DNA of 64,000 nucleotides from Phycisphaeraceae bacterium (GCA_020851465.1 JADZCR010000007.1:1561-65560); one strand, 5' to 3'; shown: positions 34,834-45,083, numbered from the stretch's first letter. Notes: generated from the sequence alone by a model not told the origin. Numbers and translations: made by a program.

Positions 34834-35658
34834 TTACTTGCCGCCGAGCTGATAGCGCACAAAGCTCTTGATCGTCGCGCCCTTGGGAAGCAGGTCCTTG
34901 ACCTTTTTCTTTTCTTCCGGCCGGAGCACGAAGAGCTGTTCGTTAAGCACGGTTTCCTCGAAGAACTTGCGAATTTTCCCTTCGACCATTTTTTCGGCGA
35001 TCTGTTCGGGCTTGCCTTGTTCGATGGCCTGGGCTTTGGCGATTTCGCGTTCCTTGGCGATGATTTCAGGGGAGATGTCCGCCTGTGTCACACCTAACGG
35101 GACCACCGGGTTGGCGGTCACGTGCTGACAAATTTCCTTGAGGAGTTCATCGGTTACGTTGGCGTCGCCGGTCTCAACCTCGACGACCACGCCGAGTTTC
35201 CCCGTGAAGTGGACGTAGGAGCCGACTTTACGACCGGTGCCGCCAACGACCTTGCCTCGTGCGAACTGTACGTTTTCCTTGGTCGTCAGACGCACTTCGT
35301 CGATGGCCGCCTGCATGGTATCGGTCTTGGTTACGTCGCCGGGCCCTGCTTTGAGGGCTTCGTCGGCGACCTTCTGTGCCATCTTGACGAACGTCTCACT
35401 CTTGGCGGTAAAGTCAGTCTCGGTGTTGACCTCGACGATTGCGCCGCGAGTGCGGTCGGCATTGACGACGGACGCGATACGACCTTCCGCGCTGGCGCGG
35501 TCAGTTCGTCCATCCATCTTGGCGATACCCTTCTTGCGGAGCAGGTCGATTGCAGCCTGCACGTCGCCGTTGGTTTCATTGAGAGCCTGCTTGCATTCCA
35601 TCATCCCCAGCCCGGTGCGCTGGCGAAGGTCGTTCACATCTTTGGCGGTGATAGCCAT
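34834..35658 (-). CDS. tsf: elongation factor Ts
   Basis: MAITAKDVNDLRQRTGLGMMECKQALNETNGDVQAAIDLLRKKG (UBA-like N-terminus of EF-Ts). Directly downstream of rpsB. Confidence 0.95.
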   Translation of the reverse strand: MAITAKDVNDLRQRTGLGMMECKQALNETNGDVQAAIDLLRKKGIAKMDGRTDRASAEGRIASVVNADRTRGAIVEVNTETDFTAKSETFVKMAQKVADEALKAGPGDVTKTDTMQAAIDEVRLTTKENVQFARGKVVGGTGRKVGSYVHFTGKLGVVVEVETGDANVTDELLKEICQHVTANPVVPLGVTQADISPEIIAKEREIAKAQAIEQGKPEQIAEKMVEGKIRKFFEETVLNEQLFVLRPEEKKKVKDLLPKGATIKSFVRYQLGGK

Positions 35659-35779
35659 GGGAGAAACTCCAAGGTTGATTGCTTGTTGAGTGTGATTACA
35701 GCCACTGACCGGATAAGCAGCGATGCGTTGGCACCTGCCGCAAGGACGATCGGCGGCGATCCATCGTCAAACGGAAAGA

Positions 35780-36658
35780 TTACTTGGCGTCCGCGGTCGC
35801 TCCGCCGGTGGTCTGAGCGGCACCTTCGTCGCCGGCGTTCAGATCATCCGATCCGCTCGCAGAGGCGGAGCCTGTGTCATCGGCACGGAACTTGGCGCGG
35901 CTGCTCCGGCGCGGACGATCCGACTTTTCGCCCTGACCGGCACCTTCGTTATCCGCTTCCTTGCCGGTTTGTTCACGACGGGCCTGCTTACCTTCCATCA
36001 CCGCGGCGCAGAGGTTCTGCACGATCACTTCGATGGCGCGCATCGCGTCATCATTGCCAGGAATCGGGATATCTGCATAGTCCGGGTCGCTGTCAGTGTC
36101 GATGAGGCAGACAGTGGGAATGCCGAGCTTGCGGGCTTCCTTCACCGCGTTGAGCTCGCGGTTGACGTCGATGACGACCATAGCGCCGGGAAGCTTGGTC
36201 ATGCCGCGCAAACCGTCGAGGTTGCGGACAATTTTTTCGCGTTCGCGGTTGAGCTGGCTCTCCATTTTCTTGGAGTAGTTGTTGATCTCACCGCTGGTGA
36301 CCAGACCTTCGAGTTCCTCGAGCCGCTTGAGCCGCTCACGGATGGTGCGGTAGTTGGTGAGCGTGCCGCCGAGCCAGCGTTCGGTGACCCAGTGTTGGCC
36401 GGTTTCTTTGACGTACTTTTCCAGACACGCCCGCGCCTGCCGTTTGGTGCCGACAAAGATCACATCTTTGCCGGAGGCAACGGTGCGGGTGAGGAATTTA
36501 CGCGCCAGGAGCAGGCCTTTGATGGTGGCCTTGACATCGATGATGTGGATCTTGTTTTTCTTGTCGTAGATGTAGGGGGCCATTTTGGGGTTCCAGTTGG
36601 TCGTTCGGTGACCGAAGTGGATACCCGCTTCGACGAGGTCTTTGACGAGAGAGGCCAT
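35780..36658 (-). CDS. rpsB: 30S ribosomal protein S2
   Basis: LVEAGIHFGHRTTNWNPKMAPYIY and VVIDVNRELNAVKEARKLGIPTV. SD AAGGAG. Charged C-terminal tail. Confidence 0.95.
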   Translation of the reverse strand: MASLVKDLVEAGIHFGHRTTNWNPKMAPYIYDKKNKIHIIDVKATIKGLLLARKFLTRTVASGKDVIFVGTKRQARACLEKYVKETGQHWVTERWLGGTLTNYRTIRERLKRLEELEGLVTSGEINNYSKKMESQLNREREKIVRNLDGLRGMTKLPGAMVVIDVNRELNAVKEARKLGIPTVCLIDTDSDPDYADIPIPGNDDAMRAIEVIVQNLCAAVMEGKQARREQTGKEADNEGAGQGEKSDRPRRSSRAKFRADDTGSASASGSDDLNAGDEGAAQTTGGATADAK

Positions 36659-37239
36659 GAACAGACTCCTTCAAGGAGGCAGCGACACCGGCGGCGGCAC
36701 GGGCAGGTCCGGGTGGGATCAGACGGCGGCAACAACGCCGCAGTCAAACCCGTTTTCGGATCCTCTGGGATCACTCCCGAAGGGTGCGACCGCTTTTAGG
36801 GCGCTTAGGATGAAAGCGTTAGGCACGGCCTCAAACCGTTGAGGCCTGTTACCGCTCAGGTTAGGGGTTTCGCCGGCCCGATTGCCGAACGAAGCCAATC
36901 CGCAGGTCCTGACCTTCCCTGCAACGCCGAATTGTAAAGGCGTTTCATCATTGTCGCAACTACACAGCGGCTCCCGCCGCCGAAAACCCTTGATTTACCG
37001 ACAAATATTTACAAATCGGACTGCAAACCGACGGTCCGCTATGGTCGCGGCCTGCCAGACGGGATTTTTAGAGATGTTTGAACGTTAGTGTGCCGGGAGC
37101 GATTGCGGACCAGGATCGGGGAGGATGGAAAGTTCGCAAGGTCGTTGGCGATGGCGCAAGTGTGTTAACATCCCGCGTTTCTCGCAACGCTCCGGCTTGG
37201 GCCCGGGGTGATTGCCCTGACGAAACGAAGGAACGATGT

Positions 37240-38964
37240 ATGGCTGAAAATCAGAATACGCCTGCTTCTGGAGCTTCGGAGTCTTCCGGGGGTGCGTCCG
37301 CACTGACGAAGACGATGGATAACATCGTCGCGCTATGTCGGCGTCGTGGGTTCATTTTCCAGTCTTCCGAAATCTACGGCGGGATCAACGGCTTCTGGGA
37401 CTACGGCCCGCTGGGTGTCGAACTCAAACGCAACCTCAAGGACGCCTGGTGGCACGACATTGTGCGTGCCCCCGGCAAGGGGCCTGATGGAAGCCTGATT
37501 GAGATGGTGGGGCTGGATTCCACGATCATCACACACCCCAAGGTCTGGGAAGCGTCCGGCCATGTGGCGAACTTTGCTGATCCGATGTCACGGTGCGCCC
37601 GATGCGGCAATGCGGTACGGGCGGATCACCTCTGGGAAGTAATCACGACGCAATCGGCATGGTTTGATTCTCTGCTTCAGGAGGTTGAACCTAGCACCGG
37701 AAAGATCGATACGGAGCGCCTTTTGCGATGGGCCAGAGGGAAAGGGAAGCGTCTCGCGCCGAATCTGGCGTTAGTCCGCAACCCGGAGGTAACGCTGTCG
37801 TGGTTGACCGAGCGTATAAACTCGCAACCAGCAAACCGCCTCGAATTGAAAGAGCTCACGCAGTACCTGGCGACCGAACAGCTTGCTCAAACCGGGCTTC
37901 AGACGCCTTGCCCTGTGTGCGGCGGCGAGATGAGCGAATCGCGGCCGTTCAAGCTTATGTTCGAGAGCCATGCGGGACTGACGCAGACGGAAGACAGCAA
38001 GGTCTATCTCCGCCCGGAGACCGCGCAGGGAATCTTCTGCAATTTCCGCAACGTCGTGGATACCTCACGGGTCAAGGTGCCGTTCGGCATAGCGCAAGTC
38101 GGCAAGGCGTTCCGCAACGAAGTCACGCCACGGCACTACACCTTCCGCTCGCGTGAGTTTGAGCAGATGGAGATTGAGTTCTTCATCCGCCCCGATTCTG
38201 CGAAAGAATGGTACGCCTACTGGCGCGACACGCGGTTCAACTGGTGGAAATCAGTCGGCCTTTCCGGTGACAACCTCCAGCTCCGCGAGCACGACCGGGA
38301 CGAGTTGGCCCACTACGCCAGAGATGGTGCAGGCACGTCCGACATCGAGTATCGCTTCCCCTTCACGGCTCCGGGCTTTGGTGAGCTGGAAGGTGTCGCG
38401 CACCGCACCGACTTTGACCTGCGTCAGCACGCGCAGCACTCCGGCCTGGGCGACAAGCTCAAATATTTCGACCAGGAACTCCAGGTGAAATTACAGGCCG
38501 AAGGCCGGCCCAGGGAGGAAATCACGGAAAAGTCGAAATACTTCCCGCATGTGATTGAGCCGTCCGCCGGAGCTGATCGCGGCACGCTGGCCCTGCTCTG
38601 CGAAGCCTTCACGAGCGATCCATCGCGGCCCAGCGGTGTTTACATGAAGTTCCGCCCGCGCATGGCTCCGATCAAGGCGGGCATTTTCCCTCTGGTCAAC
38701 AAGGACGGAATGCCCGAAGTAGCTGAAAAGCTCTACCTCGAGCTGCGGGAGAAGTACACGGTACAGTTCGACGAGAAGCAGACCATCGGCAAACGCTACG
38801 CCCGCATGGACGAGGCCGGTACGCCGTACTGCTTCACCATTGATGGTGAGACGCTTTCCGGGGGTGGGAGCACGGTAACGGTTCGCCACCGCGATACACA
38901 GCAGCAGGAACGCATTGCCCTCGATAAGGTGGGGGCGTTTCTGGCAGAGGCGATCAATGGTTGA
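37240..38964 (+). CDS. glyQS: glycine--tRNA ligase (dimeric GlyQS type)
   Basis: MDNIVALCRRRGFIFQSSEIYGGINGFWDYGPLGVELKRNLKDAWW. Class II motifs. Cys pairs CARCG ... CPVCGG flank an insertion of about 90 aa. ATG 37240 is preferred to the ORF-track start 37078. Confidence 0.9.
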   Translation: MAENQNTPASGASESSGGASALTKTMDNIVALCRRRGFIFQSSEIYGGINGFWDYGPLGVELKRNLKDAWWHDIVRAPGKGPDGSLIEMVGLDSTIITHPKVWEASGHVANFADPMSRCARCGNAVRADHLWEVITTQSAWFDSLLQEVEPSTGKIDTERLLRWARGKGKRLAPNLALVRNPEVTLSWLTERINSQPANRLELKELTQYLATEQLAQTGLQTPCPVCGGEMSESRPFKLMFESHAGLTQTEDSKVYLRPETAQGIFCNFRNVVDTSRVKVPFGIAQVGKAFRNEVTPRHYTFRSREFEQMEIEFFIRPDSAKEWYAYWRDTRFNWWKSVGLSGDNLQLREHDRDELAHYARDGAGTSDIEYRFPFTAPGFGELEGVAHRTDFDLRQHAQHSGLGDKLKYFDQELQVKLQAEGRPREEITEKSKYFPHVIEPSAGADRGTLALLCEAFTSDPSRPSGVYMKFRPRMAPIKAGIFPLVNKDGMPEVAEKLYLELREKYTVQFDEKQTIGKRYARMDEAGTPYCFTIDGETLSGGGSTVTVRHRDTQQQERIALDKVGAFLAEAING

Positions 38965-39142
38965 ACTTTTGCGCTATCCCGCGGCGTAGTCGGAATGATG
39001 AAGGGAAGTTATTGTTGATTTCAGGACGTTGTAGTCGCGTGGTGCCATGCCGCAACACCCGTTTTCTTCTCTTTCACGGCTTTTACTCACAACGATATCA
39101 TTGAGACTCGGTCTCATGTCGGATATACTTGCTGGATGAGCG

Positions 39143-39526
39143 TTGGATGCAATGTTTGGTAAAGCAAACGAATTGACCTCGGCCATGGCGAAAACCAACT
39201 GCCCCTGTGTTCTACCCAGTGCCACCGAAGAGGTGTTGGCGACGATTCCCGGATCGATACCCGGCACAGCGATTCAAGTGCGCGTCGAGCCGAAGATTGA
39301 TGGCTACGTCCGGCTTGAGCATCTGGCGTACAGCTCGGACTTGGGCTGGTACACGCAGAAAAGTTTCTGCATCCCCGGCGAATTGATCAGTCAACTTATC
39401 CCGCAACTGCGCAAGGCTGATTGTCTGATCCCTCGCCCAGCGCAACAGGAGGAAGACGCGACACTCGCGTTTCCCGTGCCGATGGTTGGTTCGCGGCTTG
39501 TGCTTTCTACACGTCGCGAAGCGTGA
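39143..39526 (+). CDS. hypothetical protein
   Basis: 127-aa ORF (TTG 39143 or ATG 39152) with coding-like third-position GC. The overlapping minus-strand ORFs are Arg-rich shadow frames. No family recognised. Confidence 0.4.
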   Translation: MDAMFGKANELTSAMAKTNCPCVLPSATEEVLATIPGSIPGTAIQVRVEPKIDGYVRLEHLAYSSDLGWYTQKSFCIPGELISQLIPQLRKADCLIPRPAQQEEDATLAFPVPMVGSRLVLSTRREA

Positions 39527-39575
39527 AGCGTTCATCAATTCGTGATACGAATGGAATGTTGACCGAACAGTTGAC

Positions 39576-40037
39576 TCACGCGCTTTTTGAAGCGCGACGT
39601 CCGCCGGTGCCGCTGGCGAGCTTCGTCACTTGGTTCAGATACTTCTCAAGCTCTTCGACATCCTCTGTCTCAGCTTGGATCTGATCTTCGAGCAGATTGC
39701 GGTAGCCCGCATGGTCTTCGCAGTACGTCAGCGCCTGCGTATAGATTTCGACAGCCCGCCTTTCGTGGTCGAGGCTGTTCTGAAGCATCTCATGGACATC
39801 GCTGGTTTGCCGGACGGTTTCAGGTTCGACAGCCGGCACGCCGCCCAGAGCGGTGACTCGCTCCGCGAATTTGCGAGCGTGTGCGAGCGACTCATCGCTT
39901 GATGAGCGGAAAAATTCGCGCCAGATTTTGCGATCCTGCCCCATGAGTACGTTGGAATATTGGTTGTATTGGAGCAATCCGCCTAGTTCGAGGCCGATAG
40001 CCTGATTCAGTTTCTCGACGAGTTTGACCTTATCCAT
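39576..40037 (-). CDS. ferritin-like protein (bacterioferritin/Dps superfamily)
   Basis: Four-helix-bundle pattern LNQAIGLELGGLLQYNQYS ... SSDESLAHARKFAERV ... LDHERRAVEIY ... LEDQIQAETEDVEELEKYL, resembling bacterioferritin di-iron ligand spacing. AAGGGGA lies before the ATG. Confidence 0.7.
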   Translation of the reverse strand: MDKVKLVEKLNQAIGLELGGLLQYNQYSNVLMGQDRKIWREFFRSSSDESLAHARKFAERVTALGGVPAVEPETVRQTSDVHEMLQNSLDHERRAVEIYTQALTYCEDHAGYRNLLEDQIQAETEDVEELEKYLNQVTKLASGTGGRRASKSA

Positions 40038-40201
40038 TGGTATGTCCCCTTATGTGATCGAATACAACGAAGCATCATCACCGCTTCAACCTGACATGCT
40101 AGCCTCGGATAGAGCATTGCATCATCAAGTATTTCAAAAAAAATTAGGTCACATCGACGGGTTAGATGCCTGGCTGGCCTATTGATCCCTAAAATACCCT
40201 C

Positions 40202-41458
40202 GTGGATTGGCTTTACCTCGACAATAACGCTACGACGCAACCCGCGCCGCAGGTCCGTGCCGCGATGAACGAGGTATTGGAATGCCTGTGGGCGAATCCT
40301 TCCAGCGTGCATCGGTTCGGCCAATCGGTGCGGCAGCGGGTGGAACTCGCCCGCGCATCAGTGGCCAGACTCATCGGTGCCAGGGAACGTGAAATCGTCT
40401 TTACCTCCGGGGGGACCGAAGCGAATAACCTCGCCCTGCGCGGCACTCTGGAAGCGGCAACCCCATCGGACAGTAGCTCACCTCGCACACTGATTACCAC
40501 ACGCATCGAGCACTCCGCGATCCGTCAGCCGAGCGAAGCCCTGCGTGAGCGCGGCGTGACAGTCATTCATCTGCCGATTGACCGCGCGGGTGTCGTTCGT
40601 GTCGAGGATCTGACTGCGGCATTACAGGAACACGGCCAGCAAGGCGGTCTTCTGATGGTCTCCATTCAATGGGCAAATAACGAGACCGGCGTGATCCAGC
40701 CCATCGCAGACCTCGCCAATGCGATCAAGGCTGCACGCGAGGGTGCAGCAAAGGTCACGGGAACGCGAATCGTCTTTCACGTCGATGCGACACAGGCTGT
40801 CGGCAAGTTGCCTGTGGATGTGAAAGCGGCTGGTGTTGACCTGCTCACACTCGCAGCACACAAGTTTCATGGAGCCAAGGGAGCCGGCGCCCTGTACGCC
40901 CGTACAGGGGTGCGGTTTCGACCGCAACAGCTTGGCGGGCCGCAGGAACGTGACCGTCGTGGTGGAACGGAAGACACCGCTGCCATCATTGGTATGGGGG
41001 TGGCTGCGGAACTGGCGGAGGAGTTCCTGCGCGATACGGCGACGATTAACGCCATCGCAGCACTGCGTGACTCGTTGGAAGCAGCCATCGTCGCTGAGTT
41101 GCCGGATACCGTGGTCAACTCCGTCGGTGCATCAAGCGGTCGGCTGTGGAACACGACCAATCTCGGATTCCCCCGTCTTGAGGCGGAGGCGATTCTGCTG
41201 GGGCTCAGTGAGCGTGGCCTCTGTGCCTCGGCTGGTGCAGCCTGTTCGAGCGGCTCGCTCGAACCCTCTCCGGTACTGCTGGCTATGGGAATCCCGGAAG
41301 CGGTGGCGCATGGCTCAGTGCGTTTTTCACTGAGTCGATACACGACCCGTAAGGAGATTGATCGCGCCATCGAGATCGTGCCTGCGGTCGTCCGCCGTCT
41401 GGCTCAGGCGATGCCTGCAGAAACGATGCGGCCTACATCATCAGTGCCTCGTACGTGA
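40202..41458 (+). CDS. cysteine desulfurase (NifS/IscS class)
   Basis: GTG start. LYLDNNATTQP, PLP-lysine region LAAHKFHGAKGAGALY, active-site loop SAGAACSSG. Confidence 0.88.
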   Translation: MDWLYLDNNATTQPAPQVRAAMNEVLECLWANPSSVHRFGQSVRQRVELARASVARLIGAREREIVFTSGGTEANNLALRGTLEAATPSDSSSPRTLITTRIEHSAIRQPSEALRERGVTVIHLPIDRAGVVRVEDLTAALQEHGQQGGLLMVSIQWANNETGVIQPIADLANAIKAAREGAAKVTGTRIVFHVDATQAVGKLPVDVKAAGVDLLTLAAHKFHGAKGAGALYARTGVRFRPQQLGGPQERDRRGGTEDTAAIIGMGVAAELAEEFLRDTATINAIAALRDSLEAAIVAELPDTVVNSVGASSGRLWNTTNLGFPRLEAEAILLGLSERGLCASAGAACSSGSLEPSPVLLAMGIPEAVAHGSVRFSLSRYTTRKEIDRAIEIVPAVVRRLAQAMPAETMRPTSSVPRT

Positions 41459-41575
41459 CGGGGAATTCGCTACACAGACTGCTCAATCGGTTGGTGAAGC
41501 CCGATCGCCGTGCGGAAAGCTGTTAAAATCAAGCGATTCCAACCTTTGATCAGGAGCCGGCCTTCCGGACGAACC

Positions 41576-42709
41576 ATGCCTCCGACATTTACTGATCCTG
41601 TAATTGCGGCACGAGCCGAAGCTGAACGCATCAACCTTGATCGCCATTACGAGCTTGATGCGAGGATTGATCGCGTCATGAACGATGCGCCGTGGGTGGA
41701 TCGACAGAGCCTGCTTGCGGGTCTGACAAAGTTTCATCGGGAGAGAATGGAGAAAATTCCCTCAGCTGCGAAATTTCCTGAAGCCAAACCGTGGGTTGAG
41801 CATCGGATTGCACTGGACCGCGAGCTCAAGAAGCAGGCCAATCTCACGGACGAGCAACTGGCCATGCGTCGGAGCCTGGGAGCTTATTTGACCTTCCGCG
41901 GGTTTGCTGCTGCCAAGCCGGTGATGACTGAAAAATGCAGAGTCGCTTATTTGCCGGAGACGGATCACGGGCAACTCCACATCAAGAACGTGGATGACCC
42001 CGCGACTTACTGGACAGGTAATCTGCCGGCTCCGACAACGCTGCCTCTTAATGACGCGATCGTGGACGATGGCGTAGGCAGCGGCTTGCACATGGATGAC
42101 GAGCCGGAGGAGATTTTTCCTCTCGACGCGCGGGTGATGATGCCACACTACGCATCGGACGTGCCGGGTGCGGTAGAGTTTTTCACGCGGTACAAGAACT
42201 TCTGGGGCGGGTGTAACTGTGTTGTGCGCGATAAGCAGAAGCGCAGCGTCGCCATCGAAAAATGCAGTTTCAATTTCATTGAGGTTTTTTATCCCGGCCC
42301 GGATGGTCGGAGTCACTGTTCGGGTATGGCTTGTCGCGATTCCAAGTCGCCTCAGGCGCAGTACCAGAAAAAACGCCGTGATGAATATGTGAAGAAATTC
42401 AATCTTGGCGACGAGGCACCGGACGAAACTTTCTGGGCGGCATGTGATCGGGCGGAAAAAATGCTCGCCGACGGACTGGCAAAACTGGGGAAGGTGCCAA
42501 AACTCGATGATGTGCTCAAGCTGTTCATCACTCCCTGGCCGGACGGTCTGAACAAGAACGGCGGCAAGCTCCATCCCGGCCAGTCATGTGTTGAGTACAC
42601 GCTGCTGACGCATGGTTCGCTGCTCGACGAGAAGAAGTATTTCCGCTGGATGCGTGATGCCAAGACGCTCAAAATGCCTGTGGAACGTGAAGTTTTTGAG
42701 TTCGCCTGA
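41576..42709 (+). CDS. hypothetical Cys-rich protein, possibly C45-type Ntn-hydrolase/acyltransferase-like
   Basis: The 377-aa frame is clearly coding (the opposite 270-aa ORF is an Arg-rich shadow). CRVAYLPETDHGQLHIKNVDD resembles the nucleophile segment [20 protein letters not shown] of isopenicillin-N acyltransferase (recalled from memory). Tentative. Confidence 0.4.
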   Translation: MPPTFTDPVIAARAEAERINLDRHYELDARIDRVMNDAPWVDRQSLLAGLTKFHRERMEKIPSAAKFPEAKPWVEHRIALDRELKKQANLTDEQLAMRRSLGAYLTFRGFAAAKPVMTEKCRVAYLPETDHGQLHIKNVDDPATYWTGNLPAPTTLPLNDAIVDDGVGSGLHMDDEPEEIFPLDARVMMPHYASDVPGAVEFFTRYKNFWGGCNCVVRDKQKRSVAIEKCSFNFIEVFYPGPDGRSHCSGMACRDSKSPQAQYQKKRRDEYVKKFNLGDEAPDETFWAACDRAEKMLADGLAKLGKVPKLDDVLKLFITPWPDGLNKNGGKLHPGQSCVEYTLLTHGSLLDEKKYFRWMRDAKTLKMPVEREVFEFA

Positions 42710-42923
42710 AATCTTGAGGCAACTCGACGGCCGATCTTTTAGACAGGTTATATGGCACGTAAACGGGATTTCCGCTTCAAGTAATGGAGAAGTCGGAGAC
42801 AGAATACCCATGATGGGCGGTCTGTGACGATTAGCGAGTAAGACGGGATAGAATGATGCGGCAGAGTTATATCGGTATGACATGTTGAGTCGATAATGAA
42901 ACGGGGGCTTGGAGCGAAGACAT

Positions 42924-43730
42924 ATGAATGATTCGCTTAATGCTCGGAAGCGCAGCTGCGGCTTTACGCTGGTGGAATTGCTGGTGGTGCTCACGATCAT
43001 CGCGCTGTTGATTGCGCTTCTGCTGCCATCGCTCAATGCCGCCCGTCAGAGTGCCAAGTTAATCGATTGCGCCAGCCGGATACGACAGATCACGTTCGTC
43101 ACGCTGCAATACCATCTTGAGTCCAAGGAAGGTTGGCCGTGCGCCATGATCTACAACTCGGCCACCGACCCGCCGGAGTGGCGTTCGGTGGTGGCGCGCG
43201 GCTTCAACATGCTTGATTTTCTGAAAACCAGCAACACTACGACGAAGAACCCGTTGATCTGTCCAGCCAGTTACAGTGTCGGAGCGCCAGCCCCGTCCTA
43301 CTGGCATCCGCAATACCCCAATCCGCCATGGGTCGATGGTGTGTACGCCTACAGCAGCGAGAATATCAGCGCCAGCTACCACATCAATAACTTTTTCGGT
43401 TACTCGGATCGGACTATTTTCCCTAACCGAAAAGGGGAATCTCCCAATCCTGCCAAGACGCTCCTCTATGTGGACGGCTGGGCGGAGACCTACCTCTCCT
43501 ATTGGTATGTTGCCTCTGGCTCAGGCTATATGCGGTTTCGACACTTCGAATCCTCGACGGCTGCCAATGATGGCACCAACAACATGAGCTACACCGACGG
43601 CCACCAGAGAAGCTGGAAGTTCAGCACGACCAGCGATATCTACCCGCGCGGGGGTAACGGTTACTGGTCCGATCAACCCGGTTTCTGGTGGTGGGCCTCG
43701 ACCTATTCTGCATCGCTAGCGCCGCCGTAA
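42924..43730 (+). CDS. prepilin-type N-terminal cleavage/methylation domain protein (DUF1559-like)
   Basis: GFTLVELLVVLTIIALLIALLLPSLNAARQSA is a type IV pilin-like leader and helix. The C-terminal NMSYTDGHQRSW resembles the DUF1559 H-X9-DG-type motif common in Planctomycetes. GGAG lies 9 nt before ATG 42924. Confidence 0.8.
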   Translation: MNDSLNARKRSCGFTLVELLVVLTIIALLIALLLPSLNAARQSAKLIDCASRIRQITFVTLQYHLESKEGWPCAMIYNSATDPPEWRSVVARGFNMLDFLKTSNTTTKNPLICPASYSVGAPAPSYWHPQYPNPPWVDGVYAYSSENISASYHINNFFGYSDRTIFPNRKGESPNPAKTLLYVDGWAETYLSYWYVASGSGYMRFRHFESSTAANDGTNNMSYTDGHQRSWKFSTTSDIYPRGGNGYWSDQPGFWWWASTYSASLAPP

Positions 43731-43799
43731 AAACTATCGATGTGGAGCATCTCGCAACAGATATCCAAGGTTGGTCGAAGTTTTCCTGAGCACCGCTGA

Positions 43800-44939
43800 C
43801 TAGCGGATGCGGTACTCCAGCATTACGTCGTCGCCAAACCATTTCACCTTGTGAGGGGTAATAGCTGTCATCTCCCGGATTATGGTGTGCTTCAACCCGC
43901 GGACTACCGGAACGCTGCCGTCATCGCCCGCTAATTTCGGCGCGATAAATACCAGTGCTTCATCAATCACGCGCTGGCTGAACGCATGACCCAGCAGCGT
44001 GGAACCGCCTTCGATCATGACGTTCGTGGAGCCATGAACCGATGCGAGGTGACGCAGGAGCGGAACAAGGTCTAGAGTGCGTTTATCGTCATTCAATGTC
44101 GGCAGCTCGATGATCTCAACACCCTGTGACTTAAGCTCACTGACACGAGATGAGTCAACGATACGCTCCCGGTTGACTGCGATCGTCAGCGGCACGGGGA
44201 GTGATTGCAGCAGCCTCGCGCCGGCCGGCAACCGCAGCGACGGATCGATCACAACGCGGCGCGGCTGGCGGTGCCAGGACAGCCGCCTGCGCGGGCGGGG
44301 CGTGAGCAGCGGATCATCAGCCAGTACCGTACCGATGCCGACGATCACCGTGTCCAGCCGAACGCGCAACTCGTGAACGTAGGCTCGTGACTGTTCATTA
44401 CTGATCCAGCGGGTTTCCGGTGAAGCACAGTCGCTCGGAGTAAGAGCGATCCAGCCATCGAGTGTTTGTGCCCACTTGGCGATCACGTAGGGCAAACCAA
44501 CCGTCACGCGCTTGAGGTACGCGCGATTAAGTTCACTCGCTTCCGTTTCGCAAAGCCCGGTCTCCACCGTGATACCAGCCGCTCTCAGCCGCGCGACGCC
44601 TTGGCCGGCCACCTGTGGAAACGGATCGATCATGGCTGCAAATACGCGGCTGACTTTCGCTGCGATCAACGCATCCGTGCAGGGCGGGGTTTTGCCATGA
44701 TGAGAGCACGGCTCAAGTGTGACATACACGTGACACCCTGCTGGATTGACGCCTTTGCTCGCAGCATCTCGCAGAGCTTCGACTTCCGCATGAGGGCCGC
44801 CGTACTTCTGATGAAATCCCTCAGCAACGATCTTGCTGTCACGTACCAGCACACAGCCCACGAGCGGGTTAGGTTCGACCTTACCCAGGCTGCGCCGAGC
44901 CAGGGCCAGCGCGCGAAGCATGTAGCGGCGATCCGACAT
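43800..44939 (-). CDS. ribD: bifunctional riboflavin biosynthesis deaminase/reductase
   Basis: HAEVEAL and LEPCSHHGKTPPC (CDA zinc site), then a reductase domain (KWAQTLDGWIA, MIEGGSTLL). Confidence 0.92.
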   Translation of the reverse strand: MSDRRYMLRALALARRSLGKVEPNPLVGCVLVRDSKIVAEGFHQKYGGPHAEVEALRDAASKGVNPAGCHVYVTLEPCSHHGKTPPCTDALIAAKVSRVFAAMIDPFPQVAGQGVARLRAAGITVETGLCETEASELNRAYLKRVTVGLPYVIAKWAQTLDGWIALTPSDCASPETRWISNEQSRAYVHELRVRLDTVIVGIGTVLADDPLLTPRPRRRLSWHRQPRRVVIDPSLRLPAGARLLQSLPVPLTIAVNRERIVDSSRVSELKSQGVEIIELPTLNDDKRTLDLVPLLRHLASVHGSTNVMIEGGSTLLGHAFSQRVIDEALVFIAPKLAGDDGSVPVVRGLKHTIIREMTAITPHKVKWFGDDVMLEYRIR

Positions 44940-45083
44940 GAATCAAATCGTACCGCGTAGAGGATGATCGACGCGAGACGCCGTGAATCGGAGTATGTAC
45001 GTCAAAACGTGAGCCTGATGGAATTGGGGACAGGTGGTTCCACCGTCGCGTCGTGGCGACAGATTGACTAAAATTCAGCTCTC

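Noticed and set aside
35122-36799. 327-aa and 358-aa plus-strand ORFs
   Set aside because: They are antisense to tsf and rpsB, whose identities are unambiguous. Low-complexity Arg/Gly/Ala-rich translations.
38974-39267. 97-aa minus-strand ORF after glyQS
   Set aside because: No SD or promoter-like signal, odd composition, and it overlaps the somewhat more convincing plus-strand ORF 39143-39526. Neither is strongly supported.
41762-42574. 270-aa minus-strand ORF
   Set aside because: It overlaps the 377-aa plus-strand gene. The translation is Arg-rich and low-complexity, whereas the plus frame has balanced composition and a longer open frame.
44940-45083. Possible FMN riboswitch upstream of ribD
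   Set aside because: I read the minus strand and found none of the conserved FMN-element segments (for example the GGGGUGAAAUUCCC-like core). The spacer is also only 144 nt and shared with a divergent gene.
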